Assembly: GCA_963845585.1 (NCBI GenBank)
Contig: CAWJSL010000003.1
Span: 1,438,235-1,502,234 of the forward strand
Length of the DNA: 64,000 nucleotides
Origin: an uncultured Acidobacteriaceae bacterium
Lineage (GTDB): Bacteria > Acidobacteriota > Terriglobia > Terriglobales > Acidobacteriaceae
Direction: 5' to 3'
Both the position numbers and the translations under genes were made by a program. How positions within the stretch are numbered: position 1 is the stretch's first letter; each line of letters starts with the position of its first letter. Below the pieces are notes generated by a model. That model saw only the letters and a program-made list of their open reading frames with translations, did no database searches and was not told the origin of the DNA. Shown piece after piece: positions 53,107 to 61,653 of the stretch.

Positions 53107-53400
53107 CGAGGAACAGGGCTGACCATCGTCAAGACTTTCACCGACGCTGGGCAGCCGGCTCGCACCACTGACGGACCGCAGTTCCAAGCGATGCTGGCGC
53201 ACTGCCGCGCACTCGGGAACAAGGTTACGCATGTCGTACTTGCCAACCTATCCCGGCCGGCACGCAACGTCGCAGACCCATCGGTCACGCTGGCGACGTT
53301 CGAGCAGATGGGTATCTTTCCTGTGTCGTGCGACGAAACGATTGAGAGCTCAGCGGCAGGGAAGCTGTCTGTCAACCTGCTGGCGCGGTCCAGAAGAATC
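53107..53400 (+). pseudogene. Serine recombinase (resolvase/invertase) N-terminal-domain remnant
   Basis: Open frame reads ...IVKTFTDAGQPARTTDGPQFQAMLAHCRALGNKVTHVVLANLSRPARNV..., matching the middle of a resolvase catalytic domain. It lacks the N-terminal catalytic-Ser segment and the C-terminal DNA-binding domain. Confidence 0.5.
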
Positions 53401-53426
53401 AAAAGGCCCCGCCCGTGGGCGGGGCC
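53401..53426 (-). terminator. Rho-independent terminator downstream of the PEP-CTERM gene
   Basis: Minus strand reads ggccccgcc cacg ggcggggcc tttt. Confidence 0.75.
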
Positions 53427-53472
53427 GATGAGTTGAGGGTCCTAGGCGAACCGAGGGCATCCAGTTTGCAAC

Positions 53473-54099
53473 TTAAGACATGAACTTGCGACGGACTACG
53501 GAGGCGATCCCAACCAACCCGGTTCCCAGCAGAGCGAGCGTGCCCGGCTCAGGCGCCGTGGACAAGCCGGTAGTGCCGACATTGATACTGCCCTTGCCGT
53601 CTTTCAGCCATTGGCCCTTAAACAGGGTAATGTTCTGCGTCGTGGATCCGTGCGCGTTCCGACCGTCCCACAGCGTCCCCACAAGGTCGCCGGTGAGCTG
53701 GAAATGGAGTCCTTTTACCTGGCTCACGAGAGTCCAGTCGACGGTCCCAACGAAGGCGCCGGTGAAGATCGCGCCCTGGGGCACACCCTGATTTTTGGAG
53801 CCGACACCGAACACGTCAAAGTACGAGCCCGTGGACGAAAAAGTGCCGCCACCAAGAAGGCTGCCACTGGTCAGGGCCCCGGTCCCGAAGTTGATGTAGC
53901 CTAAGCCACCGCCCTTCTTCGCCACGACCATCGGATCGTTATTTATTTGATACGAGTGTAGGTGAGATCCCATCGACGTGATGCCAGAGTCAGCAACCGC
54001 AACGCTGCCGTTCTGGTTGGTCATAGAAAACGTGTCTGCCCAAGCCGCGATTGGCAACGCAAGTGCTAAAACTGCCAAAACCACTATCATTCGCCTCAT
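53473..54099 (-). CDS. PEP-CTERM sorting-domain secreted protein
   Basis: Signal peptide MRRMIVVLAVLALALPIAAWA. C-terminal APEPGTLALLGTGLVGIASVVRRKF is PEP motif + TM + basic tail. Strong GGAGG RBS. Confidence 0.88.
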   Translation of the reverse strand: MRRMIVVLAVLALALPIAAWADTFSMTNQNGSVAVADSGITSMGSHLHSYQINNDPMVVAKKGGGLGYINFGTGALTSGSLLGGGTFSSTGSYFDVFGVGSKNQGVPQGAIFTGAFVGTVDWTLVSQVKGLHFQLTGDLVGTLWDGRNAHGSTTQNITLFKGQWLKDGKGSINVGTTGLSTAPEPGTLALLGTGLVGIASVVRRKFMS

Positions 54100-54184
54100 T
54101 GTTGTTCCCTCCCCAAAACCTCAATTTTTTTCTTTTCTATTCTCACAACAACCCCATACAGGTATAGGTCGCCGTGCTCTCATG

Positions 54185-54200
54185 TGCAGTTAGCCTTCCA
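54185..54200 (-). promoter_or_regulatory. Candidate sigma-54 promoter (TGGAAG-N5-CTGCA) upstream of the PEP-CTERM gene
   Basis: Minus strand reads tggaaggctaactgca, with the canonical GG-N10-GC spacing. It lies about 85 nt upstream of the ATG. This is a single-sequence match only. Confidence 0.3.
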
Positions 54201-54708
54201 AAGTCGCTGAAACGAGAGCCATGTTTTCTTTCAATAACTTACAGACTTCGCTCAGTCGCAGTCAGAATCGCTAGCTGAAATCTCCTGCACACTTGCGACT
54301 TCCGTTTTCTGTCCGCTCGCCATTTGGCATCCACAAACAACTCCAACCGTTCTTCAACGGACACGCGAATGTGAACACCCAACGAGCCCCTGCAATCGGC
54401 CGGGGGGGAAATCCCGGGAAAGAACAGCTTCCTGAGAATCCGGTCTCCAGAACCTGGTGTGACCGGAAACCGCCCAATCACAGGTGATGCATGTTAACAA
54501 GGATTCTTTTCCTTAGCAAATGGCACTTTCGTGCTATCTCCCACCCTCGAAAGTGGGGTTCCCCTTTATTGTGATTCTCCTTCGGTTTCGTTGGGCCGTG
54601 TTTGCCCTGAATACGCGGGCGACTACTCGGCACTCCCGATCGATCTCCAGCCCCTTGTAACGCTTCTTCCATATCCGTGCCTTCGGCGGCAAATCCGTTG
54701 CAGCCTAA

Positions 54709-54855
54709 GTGCGATCGCCGGCTGATCGTTCACCCCGAGGCTGGCTGGCGCGTCATTCCAAAGTCCGCCTGCGCTTCATGCCGACGGACGCCAGTTGGCT
54801 CAATCAAATCGAGTGCTGGTTCAGCATCCTCAGCCGGCGAGCCCTGGGCGGCGCC
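54709..54855 (+). pseudogene. IS630-family transposase C-terminal remnant
   Basis: …WLARHSKVRLRFMPTDASWLNQIECWFSILSRRALGGASF matches the conserved C-terminal region of IS630-type DDE transposases. Stops lie upstream and no N-terminal part is present. Confidence 0.5.
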
Positions 54856-54901
54856 AGTTTCGCTCTGGGGTTCGCAACATATCTGACTCTCTGCCATCCA
54901 C

Positions 54902-56500
54902 TTATTGCCCCCAGTTGCCCAGCATATCGGTAATCTTCCCCCGATCGATTTTGCCGTTCACGTTCAGCGGAATCTGCGGAAAGTGGTAAATGCGGTTGGG
55001 AACCATGTAGCGCGGCAGTCTGGTTTCACAAGCCGCGATGATTTGCTCGTCGCGGGATGGGTCCGATCCCGACAGTACCCCGACAATGCCGGATGCGGAA
55101 CCGTCCGACAGAGGCCACGGGATCGCAACCGCCAATTCGGTGCGCGCGGCCTCCCGCAATACCAGGTCAATCTCCTGCAACTCCACGCGATATCCGCTAA
55201 TCTTGACTTGAAAATCGCGGCGGCCGAGGTAAAACAAACACCCCCGCTCGTCTTGGCGAACCAGATCCCCGGTGCGGTACCAGATCTGGTCTCCGGTGTG
55301 CGCTAAGCGAACGAAGCTTTTCGCCGTTTTTTCGGGATCGTTCAAGTACCCGTGGGTCACTTGCGATCCGCCCAGGCAAAGCTCGCCGCTTTCGCCTGTC
55401 GGAACCGGTTGAAGATCTTCGCTCACGGCGCAGACCTGTTGCCCGTCAAAGGGCCAGCCGATCGGCACGAGCCCGCGCACGCACTCTGCCGGCGAGGTTG
55501 CTGAATCCCACCGGTACCAGGTGATCGCGATGGTGGCTTCCGTCGGTCCATAGAGATTCTCGAGAATTGAATGATTGGCCGCTCGTTGCCAGGCCTCGGC
55601 CAGGCTCGAAGAAAGTGCCTCTCCACAGAACAGGCTCCAGCGCAGCGTGGGAAACGCTTCCGGCTCCAACAATCCCACCTTCGACGCAAACATTGCGACC
55701 GACGGCACGGAGAACCAGCAAGTCAATTCTTTCTCCTCCACCAGAGTGGCCGGAGTCAGCGTCTGTTCAGTGTAAGGGCAGAGTGTCGCTCCCGCGTCCC
55801 AGCAAACAAAAAGGTCATGGACGCTGAGATCGAAGGTGAGATCGAAGTTCTGTGAGCAACGATCGCTGGTCCGGAAGCCGAATCGTTTCGCGGCGTATTC
55901 CATGTAGGCGACCGCGTTCGATTGACTGACGGCGACGCCCTTCGGCACTCCGGTGCTGCCCGAAGTGAACAAGAGATATGCGGTTGCCTCGCCGCGCACG
56001 GTTGGCTCGGAGGGGTCGGCCACCTTTGCCATTTCGCGCGCCGAGACGACACGGTGTTGCGTGAGCGATCCGAAATTCGCTTCGCATCCCGGATCGGGGA
56101 CAATCATGGTCAAGGGCTTCTCCAGGCAGGGAAGCAAAGACTCCAGCGTGGCAGCACACTCCTCGCCAACTATGAGTGTTTTGCAGCCGGCCGCCTTGAG
56201 CATGACTAGCGTTCTCTCTAAAGGAAATTTCGGGTTTAGCGGACAATACCCTCGTCCGCTTCCTAAAATGCCGAGAATGCCGCCGTATGCGGCTACGCTC
56301 CGGCTGGCCAGGACCGCAACCACTTCTTCGGTGGGATCGAGATTGGCATTGAGGCAGGCCGTAATTTTCCCGGCATAGTTCCACAATTGCTCGTAACTGA
56401 GGACTTCATCGCCCAGTTCGAGCGCGGGACTGGCGGGGTTTGCGCGCAGGGAACGGAAGAAACCGCTGATCAAGCTTCTCGGTTGTTTCGGAAGAGCCAT
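54902..56500 (-). CDS. Stand-alone amino-acid adenylation enzyme (DltA-like, ANL superfamily), no fused carrier domain
   Basis: Core motifs present:
- LFTSGSTGVPKGV (A3)
- YGPTEATI (A5)
- YRTGDLV (A8)
- NGKIDR (A10), immediately before the stop

532 aa. Confidence 0.9.
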   Translation of the reverse strand: MALPKQPRSLISGFFRSLRANPASPALELGDEVLSYEQLWNYAGKITACLNANLDPTEEVVAVLASRSVAAYGGILGILGSGRGYCPLNPKFPLERTLVMLKAAGCKTLIVGEECAATLESLLPCLEKPLTMIVPDPGCEANFGSLTQHRVVSAREMAKVADPSEPTVRGEATAYLLFTSGSTGVPKGVAVSQSNAVAYMEYAAKRFGFRTSDRCSQNFDLTFDLSVHDLFVCWDAGATLCPYTEQTLTPATLVEEKELTCWFSVPSVAMFASKVGLLEPEAFPTLRWSLFCGEALSSSLAEAWQRAANHSILENLYGPTEATIAITWYRWDSATSPAECVRGLVPIGWPFDGQQVCAVSEDLQPVPTGESGELCLGGSQVTHGYLNDPEKTAKSFVRLAHTGDQIWYRTGDLVRQDERGCLFYLGRRDFQVKISGYRVELQEIDLVLREAARTELAVAIPWPLSDGSASGIVGVLSGSDPSRDEQIIAACETRLPRYMVPNRIYHFPQIPLNVNGKIDRGKITDMLGNWGQ

Positions 56501-56639
56501 GAATCACCTATAAATTTCGCAGAAATATCGTGAATACGTAATTCTTCAGCTGGAACGGCTTATTCTTAGTCGCCGCGATTACTCATCTTTCGCGATGTGA
56601 GCGCGCCCCGAAATCCCCACTTTCCTTTGCCACTTTGCG

Positions 56640-58127
56640 CTAGAACAGCGCGTACATCACGGGCCCGGTTTCGGCGTGACCGGGCTTGAACATCACGCTG
56701 AAGTACAGCGCCAAAACCACCACCACGGGAGTGATCCAAACCCAGCGCTCGTTGGCCAGAATTCCAAGCGCGCCGCCGAACCACCTCGCCAAGCCGCCAG
56801 GCGCATTTTCTTCCCGGCTGCGCAGGCTCTTCGCTAAACGATCGAGAAGGACAGTACCGCCGATGACCGCGAAGTAACCAACCGCTGCCAGAAAAGTCAT
56901 CACACAGAAGCTGTGGTCCAGCGTCAGGTGACGGTAGGTACGGAATGACCCGATTGCCTTCAACATGCCCAGCGCCTGCGAAACGGTTTTTGCGTTGAAG
57001 AAAATGTAACCGATGCACACGGCAGAAAACGTCAGCGCCCACGAGATCAGAGTCGGAATGAATCCCGACCACTCGAGGCCCACTCGTTTGCGAAACTCCT
57101 GCCATTGCCGGTGCAAGACCATCAGAATGCCGTGGTAAGTTCCCCACATCATGTAAAGCAAACTGCCACCGTGCCAGAGGCCGAAGACAAACATGGCGAT
57201 GACGAGCGAGAGATTGCGCCACCACACCGCACGCCGCGCGGTCGCGAGCGGCAGAAAGAGAAAGTCGCGAATCCAGAACGACAGCGACATGTGCCAGCGC
57301 GTCCAGAAGACGGAGATCGTAGTCGAAAGGTAGGGCCGGTTGAAGTTTTCGTGCAACCGGATTCCAAACAGGCGGGCCGCGCCAATCATCATGTGCGACC
57401 ACCCGCAGAAGCTGAAGAAAAGCTGGAATCCATACGCAATAATCAGAAACCACACATCAATTCCGCTCCAGTGCGCCGACGTGTTATCAAAAAGTGCATC
57501 CACCCCCGCGCCCGTATGCAACCCCCCCGCCATCAGGATGCCGAGCGCCGCCATCAGAATGCCGATCGCAACTCGCCGCACACCGGTCTTTAGATCGTCC
57601 TCGTTGACAGCCCATTCCTGGCGGAACTGTGGCAGCATGCTGGACATCCGGCAGATTGGTCCCTGTATAACCGTCGGCCAAAACGACATGTACAAGCAGA
57701 ATTCCAGCAGCGTCGGATCCAACTCTTCTTCGCGATAGAGTTCCAGCAAGTAACTCATCGCTTCGAAGGTCCAGAAGGAAACGCCGATAGGGAAGACCAT
57801 GTGCTTGAGCGCTGCCAACGGAGAACCCGCAGGCTCAACCGCACCGAGTAACGGCAAATACTTGAAGACGCTGAGCAGTGCGAGGTTGAGCAGAATGCCT
57901 GTCCAAAGCCGCCCCGCTGTAATTCGCTTCTTCAGCCATTCGCCGAGCCCATAATTCATCAGCGAGCTGAAAATCAGGAAGACAATCAGCCATCCGCCCC
58001 AGCTGTAATAAAAAAGCCAGCTGGCGATCAAGAACAGCACCTGTCGCGCCTTGGCCGAGCGCAACTGCATCGCCACCAGCCACAACACCACTACACCTAT
58101 CCCGTAGCTGGCTAGTCCTGTTGTCAT
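56640..58127 (-). CDS. MBOAT family membrane-bound O-acyltransferase (DltB/AlgI-like)
   Basis: Multi-TM. Conserved His region FWTRWHMSLSFWIRDFLFLPL. ATG 58127 is preferred. Confidence 0.9.
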   Translation of the reverse strand: MTTGLASYGIGVVVLWLVAMQLRSAKARQVLFLIASWLFYYSWGGWLIVFLIFSSLMNYGLGEWLKKRITAGRLWTGILLNLALLSVFKYLPLLGAVEPAGSPLAALKHMVFPIGVSFWTFEAMSYLLELYREEELDPTLLEFCLYMSFWPTVIQGPICRMSSMLPQFRQEWAVNEDDLKTGVRRVAIGILMAALGILMAGGLHTGAGVDALFDNTSAHWSGIDVWFLIIAYGFQLFFSFCGWSHMMIGAARLFGIRLHENFNRPYLSTTISVFWTRWHMSLSFWIRDFLFLPLATARRAVWWRNLSLVIAMFVFGLWHGGSLLYMMWGTYHGILMVLHRQWQEFRKRVGLEWSGFIPTLISWALTFSAVCIGYIFFNAKTVSQALGMLKAIGSFRTYRHLTLDHSFCVMTFLAAVGYFAVIGGTVLLDRLAKSLRSREENAPGGLARWFGGALGILANERWVWITPVVVVLALYFSVMFKPGHAETGPVMYALF

Positions 58128-58384
58128 CGGTGACTCTTTCCGGCCCTGAAATTCAAGAACTACCAATACTCATAACTAAAATTCTCGTTTTATGCTCTCC
58201 CAGGGGGTGCACGCTGTCAACCCATGACGACGCAGCCATGAATACTGAAGTTCTATGTCGATCGGAACCGATTCGGAATGCACCACCCACTATGTATCCT
58301 GCTGGTGTTCTCACCCGGACGGGCGAGGCTTCATTGGCGCGAAGCGTGGATGTTGATTGTTTTCTCCAGAAGACGCACCCGACA

Positions 58385-58663
58385 TCAGATTCGGCGCACG
58401 GGACGCCGCTTCAAGCGCCAGTGCAGGAGACGGCCTGTCAATCGTGGGAAGGCATTAAGGCAAAATGAGGCAACGCTAATGCGGGGATCCCGATAGTAGG
58501 CATTCGCGGAGCGCAAGCATTGCACCGCCGGTCCGAATTCGCGCTCGGAGATGTGGTGATAGGCGTCGCCAAGCGCAAGCGCCGCAACCGCGGCGGCAAT
58601 CTCCTCCTCCAGCAGTCTGCGCTGGGCCTCGCTGAGATCCAGGTTCTCGCCTAGCCGGCGCAA
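58385..58663 (-). pseudogene. C-terminal helical region continuing the GT2 reading frame after an in-frame TGA
   Basis: Same frame as 58691..59383. Read-through would give ...SLTEDPRR*KWKVAEIESLRRLGENLDLSEAQRRLLEEEI.... The track ORF starts at an internal TTG. Confidence 0.5.
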
Positions 58664-58690
58664 GGACTCTATCTCCGCGACCTTCCACTT

Positions 58691-59383
58691 TCAACGTCGC
58701 GGATCTTCGGTAAGGCTATCCGGGCGTTGCCGGTATTTCACCAGCACCCGCCCCAGGTAACCAATAGCTCCATCGGGAAACGAGAGGCGCACACAGAATT
58801 CGACATCCTCGCCAATGCGTATTCGCTCGTCAAACAACCCTATGTCGAGCACTCTCTGTCGTCGAGCTACCGTGGCGGACGGAAGCTGTCCACCCTGACG
58901 CTTCAGCATTTGTTCAAAACCGAGGACAGGACCCGTGCCCTCCTTCAACATCCTCCATACCACCTCTTCACACGAACCGAAAAGCAGCGCGTCCGAGATG
59001 GACGCGTAAACGCGAGGATGGTTGTCAAGAAACTCCACCTGAGCGGAGAGATAGTCGGGCATCCAGATATCGTCGCTGTCCACGAAGGCAAGCAGTTCGC
59101 CGCGGGCTACACGTACGCCCGCGTTCCGCGCTCCCGGCAGACCCCGGTTCTCCTGTTTGATATAGCGGATACGAGTCATATAAGGCTGGAGCGCGACTTC
59201 GAGCTCTGCCGTATCCGGCGAACCGTCGTTGATTACGATCACCTCGAAGTCCCGGAAGGTTTGGCCGAAGACGGAATCCAAGGTCTCCGCGATGAAGGGC
59301 GCGGTGCTGTAGGCGGGAATGATGACGCTGACCTTCGGGGTCTGGCTTTCAGGAGGCGTTGCTTCTGCTCCGGCGCTGCTCAT
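58691..59383 (-). CDS. Glycosyltransferase family 2 (catalytic domain; truncated by in-frame TGA at 58691-58693)
   Basis: VSVIIPAYSTAPFIAETLDSVFGQTFRDFEVIVINDGSPD and FVDSDDIW (DxD) motifs. AGGAAG RBS before ATG 59383. Confidence 0.85.
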   Translation of the reverse strand: MSSAGAEATPPESQTPKVSVIIPAYSTAPFIAETLDSVFGQTFRDFEVIVINDGSPDTAELEVALQPYMTRIRYIKQENRGLPGARNAGVRVARGELLAFVDSDDIWMPDYLSAQVEFLDNHPRVYASISDALLFGSCEEVVWRMLKEGTGPVLGFEQMLKRQGGQLPSATVARRQRVLDIGLFDERIRIGEDVEFCVRLSFPDGAIGYLGRVLVKYRQRPDSLTEDPRR

Positions 59384-59700
59384 TAGTCTTCCTGTGGGGT
59401 GCACCGATTAGTCGCCTGAAGGTTAGCACATCCCGATAGCCGGCAAGAAAGCTGGCGATTGGTGATCCTCCGCCCCGCTGCTGGCTTGCGCCTTCTTGTG
59501 TCTGCCAGCCGCACGGCATCTTCCCTTCCTGAAGTTCACCCTTGATGGGGTTCCCGAATGGCGAATAGCCAAATTTCCGAAAAACGGTAAAATTAAGCGA
59601 AAGGAATTGCCAACTCGCGGAACAGTTATTTTCGCGTTCTCCCGAACATTTCGTATGCTCACTTCAAGGAATTCTTCGCATTGAGAACCGGGAAGCACCC

Positions 59701-60564
59701 ATGATGATCCGATTGGCTTATCTGGCTAACTACTTTTTGCAGCGGGACATCGCCGGGCGAGCCTTGTATAAGCTTCCGGATGACATCTTCGTGGTGGCGT
59801 ACCCCGGGTCCGGAGGGCAGTGGCTGCGCCGCCTGGTCGCGAATCTCCTGGACCCGTCGAGTCCGGTTACGGAAACAAACGTCATGTCACGCTTGCCGGA
59901 CTTGTATCACGTGTCCCGGCGTGGCTTGGCAAAGGTGAATCGCCCCAGGATCATCTTCAGCCATGAGTGCTTCGACGCGGAATATCGCAGGGTGATCTAC
60001 CTGGTTCGCGACCCAAGGGACGTTGCCGTGGCACTTTATGAGCAGCGGCGCCAGGGGGGAAGCATCGAAAACACCTTAAGCCTCGAACAATTCGTTCCGA
60101 TTTTCTTGATGAGGACCGATGAATACCAGGGCGGATGGTCAGAGGAGTTTTCCGGATCGATAAAGGCCAACCGGGGATTCGCGTACCGCAGCCGCTTGAA
60201 AGATGAGTTTCTGGGCACGCCCGCTTCCTGGGGCGAGAATGTGATGAGCTGGATGGGTGCGCGCGGACGGGACCCGAATGCCATGCTAATGCTCCGATAC
60301 GAGGACCTCGTTAGTGATCCCCGGGCGGAGCTTGGAAGAATTGCCGAATTTCTGAACCTTGCTGGATTGAACCTTGATGGATCGCCTGAGCGCATCCGGT
60401 CAGCCCTGGAGGCGGCACAGGGTCAAGCAACACCGCAGGATCCGGGAAAGTGGAGAACGGTTCTACCGGAAACGGCGGTTCAGGCTATTGAATCCGTCTG
60501 GGGTCCGGTGATGACCGCGATGGGATACGCGCTGCAGGCGGACAAGCTGGAGGAGTGCCGTTGA
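59701..60564 (+). CDS. Sulfotransferase (Sulfotransfer_1-like)
   Basis: 5'-PSB-like VVAYPGSGGQWLRRL and 3'-PB-like IYLVRDPRDVAVALY motifs. 287 aa. Confidence 0.82.
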   Translation: MMIRLAYLANYFLQRDIAGRALYKLPDDIFVVAYPGSGGQWLRRLVANLLDPSSPVTETNVMSRLPDLYHVSRRGLAKVNRPRIIFSHECFDAEYRRVIYLVRDPRDVAVALYEQRRQGGSIENTLSLEQFVPIFLMRTDEYQGGWSEEFSGSIKANRGFAYRSRLKDEFLGTPASWGENVMSWMGARGRDPNAMLMLRYEDLVSDPRAELGRIAEFLNLAGLNLDGSPERIRSALEAAQGQATPQDPGKWRTVLPETAVQAIESVWGPVMTAMGYALQADKLEECR

Positions 60565-60626
60565 ACGGCAGCCGATTCCCGCCTTCTCGCAATGCGAACT
60601 TGGCCGGGGCACGGCTGTGAGAATCC

Positions 60627-61592
60627 GTGTTTTTGTCGTGCATTGTTCAGCCGCCTGCTAAACTGACCACATCGAGGAACAGCTTAGTGTTCAGCCACTT
60701 GAGAAGTGCCGCAAGGTATGCGCTGGCAAGGGATTCTTCCCTGCGGCGTCACCAGGTTTGGCCGGATGACATCTTTCTGGTGTCGTTTCCGAAGTCGGGC
60801 AATACCTGGGCCCGTTTCCTGCTGGGAAACCTGATGAATCCTGACAAATCTGTCGGGTTTGCGGATATTGAGAGCGTCGTTCCCGACATTGCTGTATTTC
60901 CCCGCGCCGATTTCCGCAGGCTAAGACGGCCCCGGCTTATCAAGAGTCATGACTGCTTTGACCCTCGCTACCGTCGCGTGATCTACATCATTCGAGACCC
61001 GCGGGATGTAGCTGTTTCTCTTTACTATTATGCGAAGAAAGTGAAAAACATAGACGATTCGTTTTCGCTCGAAGCCTTTGTCAAAAGGATGTTGGTTCCG
61101 GGCCGGAGTTACAACGGAACATGGGGTGAGCACGCAGGAAGCTGGCTCGTCAACGCGACGAATATAGCCGAGTTCAGCTTGCAGGATAATGGTGCGCGCC
61201 CGCATTCAGCCGGTTTTGCTCATAGGAAGATGGAAGCACCGGGCGCACGGGGACATGGGCGTGAGTTCCTTCTGGTGCGCTACGAGGATCTTTTGCAGGA
61301 CGCCCAAGCCGGGCTTCGCCGCATTGCTGAATTCTTAGGACTCGAGGCTGGCCCCGAGCGGATCGAACAAGCCGTCGAACGAAGCTCGGCCGATTCCATG
61401 AGGAAGCTGGAATCGGCGCAGAACCTTCAATGGGCAACCACTCGAGAGACCCGAAAGGATATTCCCTTTGTGCGCCAGGCCAAGTCAGGGCAGTGGCGGA
61501 AGGCGCTCGGTGCAAACTCGATCGCGGAAATTGAATCTGCCTGGGGACACCTGATGCGATTGACCGGGTATGAATTCGCATCGATCGCGTGA
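60627..61592 (+). CDS. Sulfotransferase (Sulfotransfer_1-like), paralog
   Basis: LVSFPKSGNTWARFLL (PKSGTTW-type PAPS loop) and IYIIRDPRDVAVSLYYY. GTG start. Confidence 0.85.
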   Translation: MFLSCIVQPPAKLTTSRNSLVFSHLRSAARYALARDSSLRRHQVWPDDIFLVSFPKSGNTWARFLLGNLMNPDKSVGFADIESVVPDIAVFPRADFRRLRRPRLIKSHDCFDPRYRRVIYIIRDPRDVAVSLYYYAKKVKNIDDSFSLEAFVKRMLVPGRSYNGTWGEHAGSWLVNATNIAEFSLQDNGARPHSAGFAHRKMEAPGARGHGREFLLVRYEDLLQDAQAGLRRIAEFLGLEAGPERIEQAVERSSADSMRKLESAQNLQWATTRETRKDIPFVRQAKSGQWRKALGANSIAEIESAWGHLMRLTGYEFASIA

Positions 61593-61653
61593 CCAAACCT
61601 GGCGGACCGAAGCCGTTAGCTCAAATTCAATCGCGGTTCGACGCGCGTCAGTT

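Noticed and set aside
54239-54481. 80-aa minus-strand ORF downstream of the adenylation gene as the missing carrier protein.
   Set aside because: It has no DSL/GxDS phosphopantetheine attachment motif. Its composition is basic rather than acidic and helical. It lies beyond the IS630 remnant.
58691-58693. In-frame TGA in the GT2 gene as a selenocysteine or programmed read-through codon.
   Set aside because: GT2 enzymes are not known selenoproteins. I see no obvious bacterial SECIS-like hairpin immediately downstream, and no sel genes are in the window. A nonsense mutation or sequencing error is more parsimonious.
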